Position numbers and translations under genes: made by a program. This document shows positions 18,544 through 27,300 of a DNA stretch of 64,000 nt, one piece after another. A model generated the notes under the pieces. The model made no database searches. It was given only the letters and a program-made list of their open reading frames with translations, and was not told the origin of the DNA. Source of the DNA: Thermoplasmatota archaeon (lineage in GTDB: Archaea; Thermoplasmatota; E2; DHVEG-1). The stretch is taken from NCBI GenBank assembly GCA_030619765.1, contig JAUXAU010000006.1, forward strand, positions 766-64,765, in the 5' to 3' direction. Each line of letters opens with the position of its first letter. The stretch's first letter is position 1.

Positions 18544-18999
18544 ATGAAATATAAACTACTTATTGTGCCTGGATATCTTGTTGGTATAGGTAGTTTATTT
18601 ATAATTACGTATAGAACGATTCTTGCGTTTTTTAGTGAGAGTAAATCTGTAACCATTCATGTCAATAGATATGGGGAACAATATGCTGATTTAGCTTTTC
18701 TTATCGTTATCTGGATGATATGTTTGGTTGGTTTAATTTATCTGTATTTAGTAATGAAGGAAGATAAAGTTGAAAAGGTATCTAAGAGTGATATTAGAGG
18801 GAAAAAAGTCTTGAGTAAGGATGGTTTGTATCTAGGGATTTTAAGGGATTCTTTGGTAGATAAGAAAACGGGAATGATAAATAGTATTCTTGTAGAACCA
18901 TCTGAAGAAATAGATCCAACATTGTATCACGTAGATGATGGAGGGCATATCGTTGTTTCTTTTGATTCTGTAGAAGTTGTAAATGATGACTTAAATTAA
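18544..18999 (+). CDS. membrane-anchored PRC-barrel domain protein
   Basis: Two N-terminal TM helices are followed by the PRC-barrel-like IRGKKVLSKDGLYLGILRDSLVDKKTGMINSILVEP...HIVVSFDSVEV. Confidence 0.6.
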   Translation: MKYKLLIVPGYLVGIGSLFIITYRTILAFFSESKSVTIHVNRYGEQYADLAFLIVIWMICLVGLIYLYLVMKEDKVEKVSKSDIRGKKVLSKDGLYLGILRDSLVDKKTGMINSILVEPSEEIDPTLYHVDDGGHIVVSFDSVEVVNDDLN

Positions 19000-19365
19000 C
19001 ACACTAGTTGAAGGTATAAAGAAATCCATTGTTATATGTAGAAGAATTGACCATAATCCCATAATCCATATAGGCTTTCTTTTTGTATTGATGAAAAATC
19101 TTAAGATTAAAAGACCGATAATAGCTACTGGAAAAAGTACGAGATGGGTTAAATTGTGATATGGTATAAGTGTCTCTCTCGGGAAGATATGGGCTGTATA
19201 ATATATACCTAAATAGAAATCAGGTATAATACTAAAAAATAGGCAGACAGCTGCAAGAAGCATTAGTTCCTTGGTTTTATCGTCGGTGAAGTAGTTTCTA
19301 TAGCAATATCTGCCGATAAGTAACATTGTATATCCAGCTATCAGATGAATTGAAAGTCCAGGCAT
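18991..19365 (-). CDS. small membrane-bound metal-dependent-hydrolase-like protein (DUF457/YdjM-like)
   Basis: It has an N-terminal MPGLSIHLIAG, four hydrophobic segments and a C-terminal LLHITMDFF His/Asp motif. A paralog lies at 50921..51307. Confidence 0.5.
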   Translation of the reverse strand: MPGLSIHLIAGYTMLLIGRYCYRNYFTDDKTKELMLLAAVCLFFSIIPDFYLGIYYTAHIFPRETLIPYHNLTHLVLFPVAIIGLLILRFFINTKRKPIWIMGLWSILLHITMDFFIPSTSVLI

Positions 19366-19466
19366 GGCATTAAATCCACATTTTTATAAGGCTTCTCTTT
19401 ATAAAATGTTCCCTTGTTACCTTATATTTCTTGGAAAAATGTAGTTTAAAATCATCCAATCTTCAC

Positions 19467-19832
19467 TTAAAATGGCTCTTTTAATTCCCCTGAGTCATCT
19501 TTTTTCTCAGTTATGATATTTTTTTTCTTAACTCTATCGTAAATAGGTTTTCCAATTATATATAACACAGCAAAAGCCATCAATCCAATCATACCTGCAC
19601 CAATAGGGAGTTCAATATATTTCCAGCTTATATCAAGTGGAGGATTTACACCACCATCTACTATTAATAAAGTGAATAAAGATAAGAAAAAAAATATCAC
19701 AAATCCAGCAATAAGTGTCTTACCACCACCACATCGTTTCTTTAATCCAACTTTTATAATAATTACGAAAACAAAGAATGCGATAGGGTAAATAAGTATA
19801 TCAAGTAATGCTATTAATGCATTATAATCCAT
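19467..19832 (-). CDS. small integral membrane protein, function unknown
   Basis: 121 aa with three to four hydrophobic helices and a charged C-terminal tail. Confidence 0.45.
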   Translation of the reverse strand: MDYNALIALLDILIYPIAFFVFVIIIKVGLKKRCGGGKTLIAGFVIFFFLSLFTLLIVDGGVNPPLDISWKYIELPIGAGMIGLMAFAVLYIIGKPIYDRVKKKNIITEKKDDSGELKEPF

Positions 19833-20104
19833 TTTGCTTCACCCTAAGTTTCAATCTATTAATACTCTCATTATATAAATATTCTTTTATCAATTTGTAA
19901 CATAGGTGTTAAGAGGTACGCATCGGTTGTTTTTTGGATAGAACACATTATTTTTCATCCAAATAATAAAACACATTTTTTATTTGATGCTATCTGCATA
20001 TTCATCTACATTATTACCTGCGAAAAAGACAATTAAACCTAAATCCAAATTTGTAAGGTGTTATTCCACTAATCTTTGTGGGGAACATGGGGGCTGATTG
20101 TTAA

Positions 20105-20347
20105 GTGCAGGATAAAAAATATGTGTCCATGATAAGACAAATAGATACAATATTGAGTAATACAGAGGAGGGAGTAATAAATAAAGAACATAAATTTGCA
20201 ACAAAAGAATTAGATAAATTAAATGAGAAATTTGATGATAAATTGAAATCACCATTGTTAATAGATTTAACAGATTATGATTATAAATTTGCCACCGCAA
20301 TAGAAATTTTTGGATTAATTGCAATAATCGGAGTGGCGCTCTTCTAA
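20105..20347 (+). CDS. possible tail-anchored small protein
   Basis: A polar coiled-coil-like N-part is followed by the C-terminal TM segment AIEIFGLIAIIGVALF. The competing antisense ORF (20061..20369) has a shadow-ORF composition. Confidence 0.3.
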   Translation: MQDKKYVSMIRQIDTILSNTEEGVINKEHKFATKELDKLNEKFDDKLKSPLLIDLTDYDYKFATAIEIFGLIAIIGVALF

Positions 20348-20465
20348 AAAATACTACTTTTTTAATCATAAAAAGAAGATTATTAAATCTCTAGTGACAA
20401 GCTAGGGTCTCGTTCATTTTTGATTTGAAATTATCAAAAGAAATCGGATAACATCTGTACAACAT

Positions 20466-20476
20466 CTTTTAAATAG
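20466..20476 (+). promoter_or_regulatory. candidate TATA box (cttttaaatag)
   Basis: It lies about 40 nt upstream of the ATG at 20516. A GTGAGGT RBS sits at 20500..20506. Confidence 0.3.
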
Positions 20477-20515
20477 CATTTTGACAAACATAATTGATAG
20501 TGAGGTTTAAAAAAA

Positions 20516-21466
20516 ATGAGCGGATATCAAGATCGGTTAAAAAAGCATTCAAAAAATCATCCCCTAGAGAAAAATACCATTGCTGTGATCCCTTGTTATA
20601 ATGAGGAGGCTACAATAGGTAGTATCGTATTAAAGTCTAAACGTCATGTGAACGAAGTTTTGGTTGTTGATGATGGAAGTAGTGATGATACAGCAAAAAT
20701 AGCTAAAGAGGCAGGAGCACTTGTTGTTTCGCATAAGAAGAACAAAGGGAAGAGTGTAGGTATAAAAACGGGCTTCAAATATGCATTGGCTAACGGCTTT
20801 GATTATGTAGTTACCATTGATGGCGATGGCCAGCATAACCCAGCTGAGATACCAAACGTTCTAGGGAATATAATGAACAATGGTTATGATATCTCAATAG
20901 GTTTTAGACATGGGACAAGTACGGAGATGCCTAAATGGCGTAGAGTAGGTAAAAGAATATTAGATTATACTACTGGTTTTGGTAACGGTGGATTTGTAAC
21001 TGATAGCCAGTGTGGCTTTCGTGCTTTTAACAAAAAAGCAATAAAAGGTCTTACCCCAAGACTAAATGGAGGCGCTTTTAGTGTTGAAAGTGAGCAACTG
21101 ATTAAAGCACATGAACTAGGTTTAAATGTTGTTAATACACATATTTCATGTAAATATAAAAATTTGGATACCTCTACTAAGAATCCTACGTCACATGCTT
21201 TTTCTGTGCTTAGATATGTTATCTGGCTGGTTGCTGAGAGACGGCCATTACTATTTATTGGTGTCCCTGGTTTTATTCTTATTATACTTGGGCTTTTTTT
21301 TGGTATTCTAACATTACAGTATTACAATCAAACTCATGTTTTCCTAATTCCGTATTCTATTATGGTAAGTATTTTTTTAATCATTGGAGCTCTTGGGATG
21401 TTTATGGGTTTGATGTTAAACGTTATGCCTAACATACTCAAACGAGTAAGATTAGAGGATTTCTAG
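20516..21466 (+). CDS. GT2 glycosyltransferase with a C-terminal two-TM anchor (dolichyl/polyprenyl-phosphate sugar synthase-like), copy A
   Basis: The GT-A motifs are IAVIPCYNEE, VLVVDDGSSDDT and TIDGDGQH (DxD region). The C-terminal TM pair reads LLFIGVPGFILIILGLFFGIL and MVSIFLIIGALGMFMGL. Confidence 0.85.
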   Translation: MSGYQDRLKKHSKNHPLEKNTIAVIPCYNEEATIGSIVLKSKRHVNEVLVVDDGSSDDTAKIAKEAGALVVSHKKNKGKSVGIKTGFKYALANGFDYVVTIDGDGQHNPAEIPNVLGNIMNNGYDISIGFRHGTSTEMPKWRRVGKRILDYTTGFGNGGFVTDSQCGFRAFNKKAIKGLTPRLNGGAFSVESEQLIKAHELGLNVVNTHISCKYKNLDTSTKNPTSHAFSVLRYVIWLVAERRPLLFIGVPGFILIILGLFFGILTLQYYNQTHVFLIPYSIMVSIFLIIGALGMFMGLMLNVMPNILKRVRLEDF

Positions 21467-21621
21467 GTAATAAAAAGTTTTAAACTCAGTTACCGATTGT
21501 TCTTGGAAACATTGTAAGATTACCTCCCAATCCTAGTATAAACATATATCTTAAATTGTTACTAAAAGTACCAAACTATTAGAAATGGCAGATTTTGATA
21601 AAATCTTTGTTTATTGTTTTT

Positions 21622-23196
21622 CTATTGATAAACAACCGAGAACTGTTTAACATCAGATAGATTTGTATTGCCTCTTGTATCATTCACCCAGACGTAATAG
21701 CTATAAATGCCTTCAACCAGGTAGCGTTTATTACTACTGTATGTGTAATTATATAAATAACCAGTTCTATTGTCAATAATTGAAAAATTCTGTGCAATAT
21801 CATCTGGATACGTGATATTCAAAAAGACCTCGCCTACTCCATCAGCATCGTATACCATGCAAGAAATGTTTACAAAACGTCCTTTATGAGCCAAGGTGGG
21901 AGACGCCCATATATCTAGGATTTTAGGGATGTCAGCAATATAGAAGTGATCTGTGTATTTACTAAGGTTATTGGTGGTATCATAGGCCCATATGTGATAT
22001 TCGTACCTTCCAGCAACTGTAAAGGTTTTATTGCAATAATATAGATAGCCCGTTTTATTTTTAGTAATATTAATTATTTCCAAATGGTTATCTGGATCAC
22101 GTATTCTCAAGGAGACCTCGCCTACTCCATCGGCATCAAATACCTTGCAAGAGATGTTTACAAAACCACCCTGAAGCGTTGAAGAGGGAATAATCGATAC
22201 ATCATATAATTTAGGAAGATTAGATACATATAGCCATAAGTTAGTTGCTCTATATGAGCCGTTGATTTTTTGATCTGTAATATTTTTATAATTCTCTTCA
22301 AAAGAATAATTTTCTGTAGGTGTAGTAAACAATAAAAATAATAGTTTGAAGTCTCCTTTTCTAGTTATGTTAAAGGTGAAGTTGTGCTCCCACTGTGGTT
22401 CCCATAATTTATCTATATTTGCTGGTGTATGATCTAGTACAGCGTTCATTTTTGCCATGTACCATAAATGATTGTATGCTATTTCGTCTTCAAATGTTGT
22501 CTCATTATAGACAATAGATAGGTCTAAAAGCCATATTTCAATAGTATAATTGATAGTTTTATGTTCGTGGTTTGCAATTCCTATAATTACACTAGTGTTT
22601 TCTCCAATCACTAGATCTCTTTGGTAACCTTCAGCTGTGCTATCTGGGCTTAGGATGTAGAATTCGGTGAATGTTTCCTCTGTTCTTGGAGTGAGTATTA
22701 CGTATGTTAATGAGACGGGAGCAATTATAATGGACGCTACGAGAAGTATGGTGAGAACTGTATCAAGGTTTTTTCCAAGTTTTGGAGGATAGATATTTAG
22801 CGTTGTGATAACTCTTTCTTGGGGAGGAGTAAGATGCCATCTATAAAGGGCTATCACTCCAAAACCGATGATAAACACAAGTAGTGAGATAAGAATGGGT
22901 TCAAGTTGGAGACCCTCTGGTGTGTAGTTTAGACCAAGGCCGATGATAGGAACAATTGCCAGGGAAAGAGCAAAGCTAAGTGCTAATCGTTCAATATTGT
23001 CTATGGTAGTTTTTGTTTTTCTAAATGGGAAAAGGACAAAACTCAGCAGGTATCCAGGTATGAATAACAGAAAAGGCAAACCTAGAATGATTCGTATGGC
23101 TCCCTGTATATCTGTTAAGGCCATAGGTAATAAAATTAGACTCCACATTAGACAAATGAAGATATCTACTATGGGCCTATTTAAAACGATTTTCAT
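21622..23196 (-). CDS. DUF1616-type polytopic membrane protein with two tandem C-terminal Ig-like domains
   Basis: The N-terminal membrane domain reads IRIILGLPFLLFIPGYLLSFVLFP. The C-terminal tandem repeat reads GGFVNISCKVFDADGVGEVSLRI...GYLYYCNKTF...YEYHIWAYDTTNN and GRFVNISCMVYDADGVGEVFLNI...YSYYVWVNDTRGN. Confidence 0.7.
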   Translation of the reverse strand: MKIVLNRPIVDIFICLMWSLILLPMALTDIQGAIRIILGLPFLLFIPGYLLSFVLFPFRKTKTTIDNIERLALSFALSLAIVPIIGLGLNYTPEGLQLEPILISLLVFIIGFGVIALYRWHLTPPQERVITTLNIYPPKLGKNLDTVLTILLVASIIIAPVSLTYVILTPRTEETFTEFYILSPDSTAEGYQRDLVIGENTSVIIGIANHEHKTINYTIEIWLLDLSIVYNETTFEDEIAYNHLWYMAKMNAVLDHTPANIDKLWEPQWEHNFTFNITRKGDFKLLFLLFTTPTENYSFEENYKNITDQKINGSYRATNLWLYVSNLPKLYDVSIIPSSTLQGGFVNISCKVFDADGVGEVSLRIRDPDNHLEIINITKNKTGYLYYCNKTFTVAGRYEYHIWAYDTTNNLSKYTDHFYIADIPKILDIWASPTLAHKGRFVNISCMVYDADGVGEVFLNITYPDDIAQNFSIIDNRTGYLYNYTYSSNKRYLVEGIYSYYVWVNDTRGNTNLSDVKQFSVVYQ

Positions 23197-23211
23197 GTTT
23201 TCACCAGAGTT

Positions 23212-23775
23212 TTATTTAGACACGAGGCTGATTATCTCATTTATTGCTATTCCAACAAACACGACTATGAATCCACCCGTGATAATGTTTATCTTTTTTT
23301 TTAAATGATTGGGAATAAACTCGTCTGCTACTTCTCTCACTACTATTATTCCAATATATACCGAAACATACAACAACTCAAAGTATACATTACCTCCTTT
23401 TGCTGCTATGAAGAATAAAGATGTTATTGTTACGGTTATGAAGAATGAAAATAGTATCCATATGATTTTTATTAGTGTTATTTTCTCTGAGAACTGAAAC
23501 ATTGTTTTTTCTACTAGGGTTTCATAAGCTAATATTTGGTTTTTTTCAGATGAAAGATTTTCATCCTTTGATTTACTTTTTGTTGATGGTAAAAATTTTT
23601 TAGGTTTCCTCAAATCAAAATCAATCATGCCTTTTTTTCCACAATTAGGACATTCGACTTTTATTTTTTGGCCTAGTTCACCCTCGTAAGTAATCATTGT
23701 ATGGCACCCGGGACATCTAAAAACATTTACCTCTTTTTTTCTTTTATTTCCTTTTCCGATTGTTGAATCCTCCAT
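23212..23775 (-). CDS. zinc-ribbon protein with a C-terminal membrane domain
   Basis: CPGC...x17...CPNC forms an N-terminal zinc ribbon. A linker and three hydrophobic helices follow. The gene lies 15 nt upstream of the DUF1616 gene on the same strand. Confidence 0.55.
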   Translation of the reverse strand: MEDSTIGKGNKRKKEVNVFRCPGCHTMITYEGELGQKIKVECPNCGKKGMIDFDLRKPKKFLPSTKSKSKDENLSSEKNQILAYETLVEKTMFQFSEKITLIKIIWILFSFFITVTITSLFFIAAKGGNVYFELLYVSVYIGIIVVREVADEFIPNHLKKKINIITGGFIVVFVGIAINEIISLVSK

Positions 23776-24068
23776 TCATAAAGATAATTTGTCAAGAGAA
23801 TTTAAACCATTTGCTCATTATTGATAAATGATGTATATTTATCATTGGAGATTCTTGGTGATTGAAAGATTTGGGAAGCGGCAGGATTTCGAGTGTATCT
23901 GCATATGTATGTAATTATTCACTTGCAAATAAAATATAAATGTTTCGTTAAGATTTTAAAAATGCTTTGTTCATGCCAAATGTTTAAATATTGGTAATAA
24001 TATATTGGGTCAATCCAATAATAAAACAGGGTACAGCAAAAGAATATATGTACCCGGGGAGGCATAAA

Positions 24069-24983
24069 ATGAAGGAAGAAGCAGGTAATATTACTCTTGC
24101 TGTGGTCCCTTGTTATAATGAGGAGGCTACAATAGGTAGTGTCGTATTAAAGGCTAAACGTCATGTGAACGAAGTTTTGGTTGTTGATGATGGAAGCACA
24201 GATGATACAGCAAAAATAGCTAAAGAGGCAGGGGCAACTGTTATTTCTCATAAAAGAAACGGAGGGAAAAGTCCAGCTATTAAAACTGGTTTCAAATATG
24301 CATTGGCTAACGGTTTTGATTATGTGGTTACCATAGATGGCGATGGTCAGCATAATCCATCTGAGATACCAACTGTTCTAGGGAATATAATGAATAATGG
24401 TTATGATATTTCAATAGGTTTTAGATCAGGTAAAAGTACGGAGATGCCTAAATGGCGTAGAGTAGGTAAAAGAATACTAGATTATACTACTGGTTTTGGT
24501 AATGGTGGATTTGTAACTGATAGCCAGTGTGGTTTCCGTGCTTTTAACAAAAAAGCAGTGAAATGCATTACCCCAAGATTAAATGGAGATGCATTTAGTG
24601 CTGAAAGTGAGCAACTGATTAAGGCACATGAACTAGGTTTAAATGTTGTTAATACACATATTTCATGTAGATATAAAAATTTGAAAACCTCCACTAAAAA
24701 TCCTGCGTCACATGCTTTTTCTGTACTGAGATATGTTGTCTGGCTGGTTGCTGAGAAACGTCCTTTACTATTTATTGGTGTCCCTGGTTTTATTCTTATT
24801 ATACTTGGGCTTTTTTTTGGTATTCTAACATTACAGTATTATAATCAAACTCATGTTTTCCTAATTCCTTATGCCATCATGGTAAGTATTTTTTTGATTA
24901 TTGGTGCTCTAGGAATGTTTATGGGACTGGTATTGAATACCCTCCCTCGCATACTTAAACGATCCGTAGAAGAACATAGTTAA
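24069..24983 (+). CDS. GT2 glycosyltransferase with a C-terminal two-TM anchor, copy B (close paralog of 20516..21466)
   Basis: It carries the same motifs as copy A, with long runs of nucleotide identity. I set the start at the ATG at 24069, which follows a GGGGAGG RBS, rather than at the track ORF start 23991. Confidence 0.85.
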   Translation: MKEEAGNITLAVVPCYNEEATIGSVVLKAKRHVNEVLVVDDGSTDDTAKIAKEAGATVISHKRNGGKSPAIKTGFKYALANGFDYVVTIDGDGQHNPSEIPTVLGNIMNNGYDISIGFRSGKSTEMPKWRRVGKRILDYTTGFGNGGFVTDSQCGFRAFNKKAVKCITPRLNGDAFSAESEQLIKAHELGLNVVNTHISCRYKNLKTSTKNPASHAFSVLRYVVWLVAEKRPLLFIGVPGFILIILGLFFGILTLQYYNQTHVFLIPYAIMVSIFLIIGALGMFMGLVLNTLPRILKRSVEEHS

Positions 24984-24984
24984 C

Positions 24985-25284
24985 ATGTTAGAAATTAAAG
25001 TACATCAGATAAAAGGGTTTTGTCCGGTTTATAAAAAAGGCGAGAAAATCACGGTTGATGATCCTGAAATCGTATTGGATAAGACAGATGCATTATGCAC
25101 ACATGCTTTATCTACAATATTACATTACACCACAGTTTTGGAACATAATTGGTGTCCAGTGAAACTTGGTCTTACCACCAAGGAAGATAAAGATTGTGCG
25201 TATTTGCAATGTGTTGATCCTGGAAAACCATATACTGATGGTGGTTCTGTTGTTTTCAAGTGCAAAAAGGTAAACAAGGATTAA
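24985..25284 (+). CDS. small Cys-rich protein of unknown function (possibly TIGR04076-like)
   Basis: 99 aa with six Cys (GFCPVY, ALCTHA, NWCPV, DCAYLQCVD, FKCKK). The start codon lies 2 nt after the GT2 copy B stop. Confidence 0.45.
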   Translation: MLEIKVHQIKGFCPVYKKGEKITVDDPEIVLDKTDALCTHALSTILHYTTVLEHNWCPVKLGLTTKEDKDCAYLQCVDPGKPYTDGGSVVFKCKKVNKD

Positions 25285-25523
25285 CATGAAACTTTTAGGT
25301 ATTTTTCTAGACATAATTTATCTTAATGTTGAGCCTGGTTCCTATTCAAGGCAATCCAGAAAGATACTTACGAGGAGAAAAAGACTGATGATTAAAGAGA
25401 ATTTAGGTACCGATTTGGCTGACAGTAATGCTAGTACTGTTCTTCAAGAAAAAAAATCACAAACTTTTAATATCCCTACATTATCTAATAAAAAAAGATG
25501 GCAGAGGAGGATGGGAAACACTT

Positions 25524-25883
25524 ATGGCAAAATGTTCTCATAGGGACTGCGGTAGGGAAAGGCGAGTATGGTTACCTGCAAGCGATTATTCTGGAACAGA
25601 TATAAAATTGCATCCATGGTGTGTCCATTGCGGAGTTGTAAAAAATATTTCAGATGACAATGCTCATAAACTAGGTTATTGGATGAACATTCTTTCCAAA
25701 ATAGCTAATCGGTTTTCTATCAAGCAAATTCAGAAACGTCTTATAGCAAAAGAACTTGCCTCACATGAGTGGTTTGATGATACTTATGGTATAACTGGTT
25801 TTCCACAAAAAGAACTGTTTAAAAAAATTGTGAAAAAATATTGCAATATTAACGCACATAGTATTGATTCCTTTATCTATTAA
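25524..25883 (+). CDS. small protein with an N-terminal Cys/His cluster (putative zinc-binding), function unknown
   Basis: A GAGGAGGATGGG RBS precedes the ATG at 25524. The peptide reads MAKCSHRDCG...HPWCVHCG. Confidence 0.4.
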   Translation: MAKCSHRDCGRERRVWLPASDYSGTDIKLHPWCVHCGVVKNISDDNAHKLGYWMNILSKIANRFSIKQIQKRLIAKELASHEWFDDTYGITGFPQKELFKKIVKKYCNINAHSIDSFIY

Positions 25884-26033
25884 GCTGAATTGACGATCAT
25901 TTGTTGATTGGATGATAGGAGGTTTTTTGATGTCTTAATTTGAGGAAGAGCAAAACCCTTATTATTCATTTACCATATATAATAGTAACAATATGAAAAA
26001 ATTAAAACAAATTTATCTTAGGAAATTAAAAAA

Positions 26034-27236
26034 ATGAAAAAAGAAATAAATAATAGACCTTTAATTCTTTTGATTTCTCCTCATTCTAAAGTTAAGTTAT
26101 CAGGATCTGTAAGCTATGGTTTTGAAAGAAGAATTTCCTATCTGGGGAGAATTGTCTCAGAGAGATATAATACAATAATAGTTGAACCAGATAATGGGTT
26201 TTCAAATCAAAAAGAACAAGAACAAAAAATTACTTTCAATAGTTTTTCATCTATTAAAGTTAGGAATTTGAGATTAGGATCATTATTTTTAGATATAAAT
26301 CCGTTTTACATTTTCAAATTAGTAAATATCCTAAAAAAGTATATTCCATCAGTAGTAATCATATCGTTTCCATTTGGAATTCCAATATCATATATAATTA
26401 TTAAGAATATTTTAAAATTAAATTCTATTTTAGTTTATAATTCACATAATGTAGAAACAGAGTACTCAAAAATTATTGCAAAAGATGAAAATTTGCCGTG
26501 GATTGCAAAATTATTTTATTGTAAATATATTTCTATTATTGAAAGATTGGCAGTATTATATTCTGACTATGTAATAGCGGTGAGTAAAGAAAATAAAAAT
26601 TGTTTTTGTAACAAATATTCTTGCAATAAAGAAAAAATTGTTGTCATAAACTTAGGAGCTAATATTCCAAAAGTTATTCCAAAGTCTACAATGCAATATA
26701 AAAAACATAAAGATGAAATATTAGCAGTATTTCATGGAACCTATAATGCTACACATAATAGGAATGCAATAAATATAATTCATTCATATCTGGCTGAAAA
26801 GCTAAAAGAAAAGAAAAGCTTGAAATTCATAGTTGCAGGAAATGGCGTTCCTATAATTGAAAAAGATAACTTTATTTCAGTAGGTTTCGTGAAAAATTTG
26901 TATGACTTTTTATCTTCATGTGATATTGCCGTTGTACCATTAGAAGAAGGGGAAGGAACAAAATTGAAACTTTTTGATTATATGGCAGTTGGTCTTCCAA
27001 TAATTACTACCAAAAAAGGGGCTGAAGGGATGGGATTAATAAATGGTGAAAACGCTATAATAACGGATCATGTAAATGAAGATTTTGTTAAGGCGATAGA
27101 AATTCTTGTCAATAAACCTCAGATGAGAAAAGAGCTTAGTCTAAATGTGAAGAAATTGATAGAAAAAGAATATCATCCAACAATAATTAAGAAGAAGATA
27201 TATACATTCTTGGACAAAATTATTTCCAAAACTTGA
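26034..27236 (+). CDS. GT4-family (GT-B, Glycos_transf_1) glycosyltransferase
   Basis: The C-terminal donor-binding block reads VVPLEEGEGTKLKLFDYMAVGLPIITTKKGAEG. Confidence 0.8.
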   Translation: MKKEINNRPLILLISPHSKVKLSGSVSYGFERRISYLGRIVSERYNTIIVEPDNGFSNQKEQEQKITFNSFSSIKVRNLRLGSLFLDINPFYIFKLVNILKKYIPSVVIISFPFGIPISYIIIKNILKLNSILVYNSHNVETEYSKIIAKDENLPWIAKLFYCKYISIIERLAVLYSDYVIAVSKENKNCFCNKYSCNKEKIVVINLGANIPKVIPKSTMQYKKHKDEILAVFHGTYNATHNRNAINIIHSYLAEKLKEKKSLKFIVAGNGVPIIEKDNFISVGFVKNLYDFLSSCDIAVVPLEEGEGTKLKLFDYMAVGLPIITTKKGAEGMGLINGENAIITDHVNEDFVKAIEILVNKPQMRKELSLNVKKLIEKEYHPTIIKKKIYTFLDKIISKT

Positions 27237-27300
27237 ATATAGTTAGTAAACAATTTCAAAAATTAAGATAAAATAAAAAGTATTTACGTCGAGTGATACT

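Noticed and set aside
25286-25543. 85-aa ORF overlapping both the Cys-rich gene end and the next small gene
   Set aside because: It is basic and low-complexity, and it overlaps the better-supported ORF starting at 25524, which has a strong RBS. Evidence is insufficient to call it.
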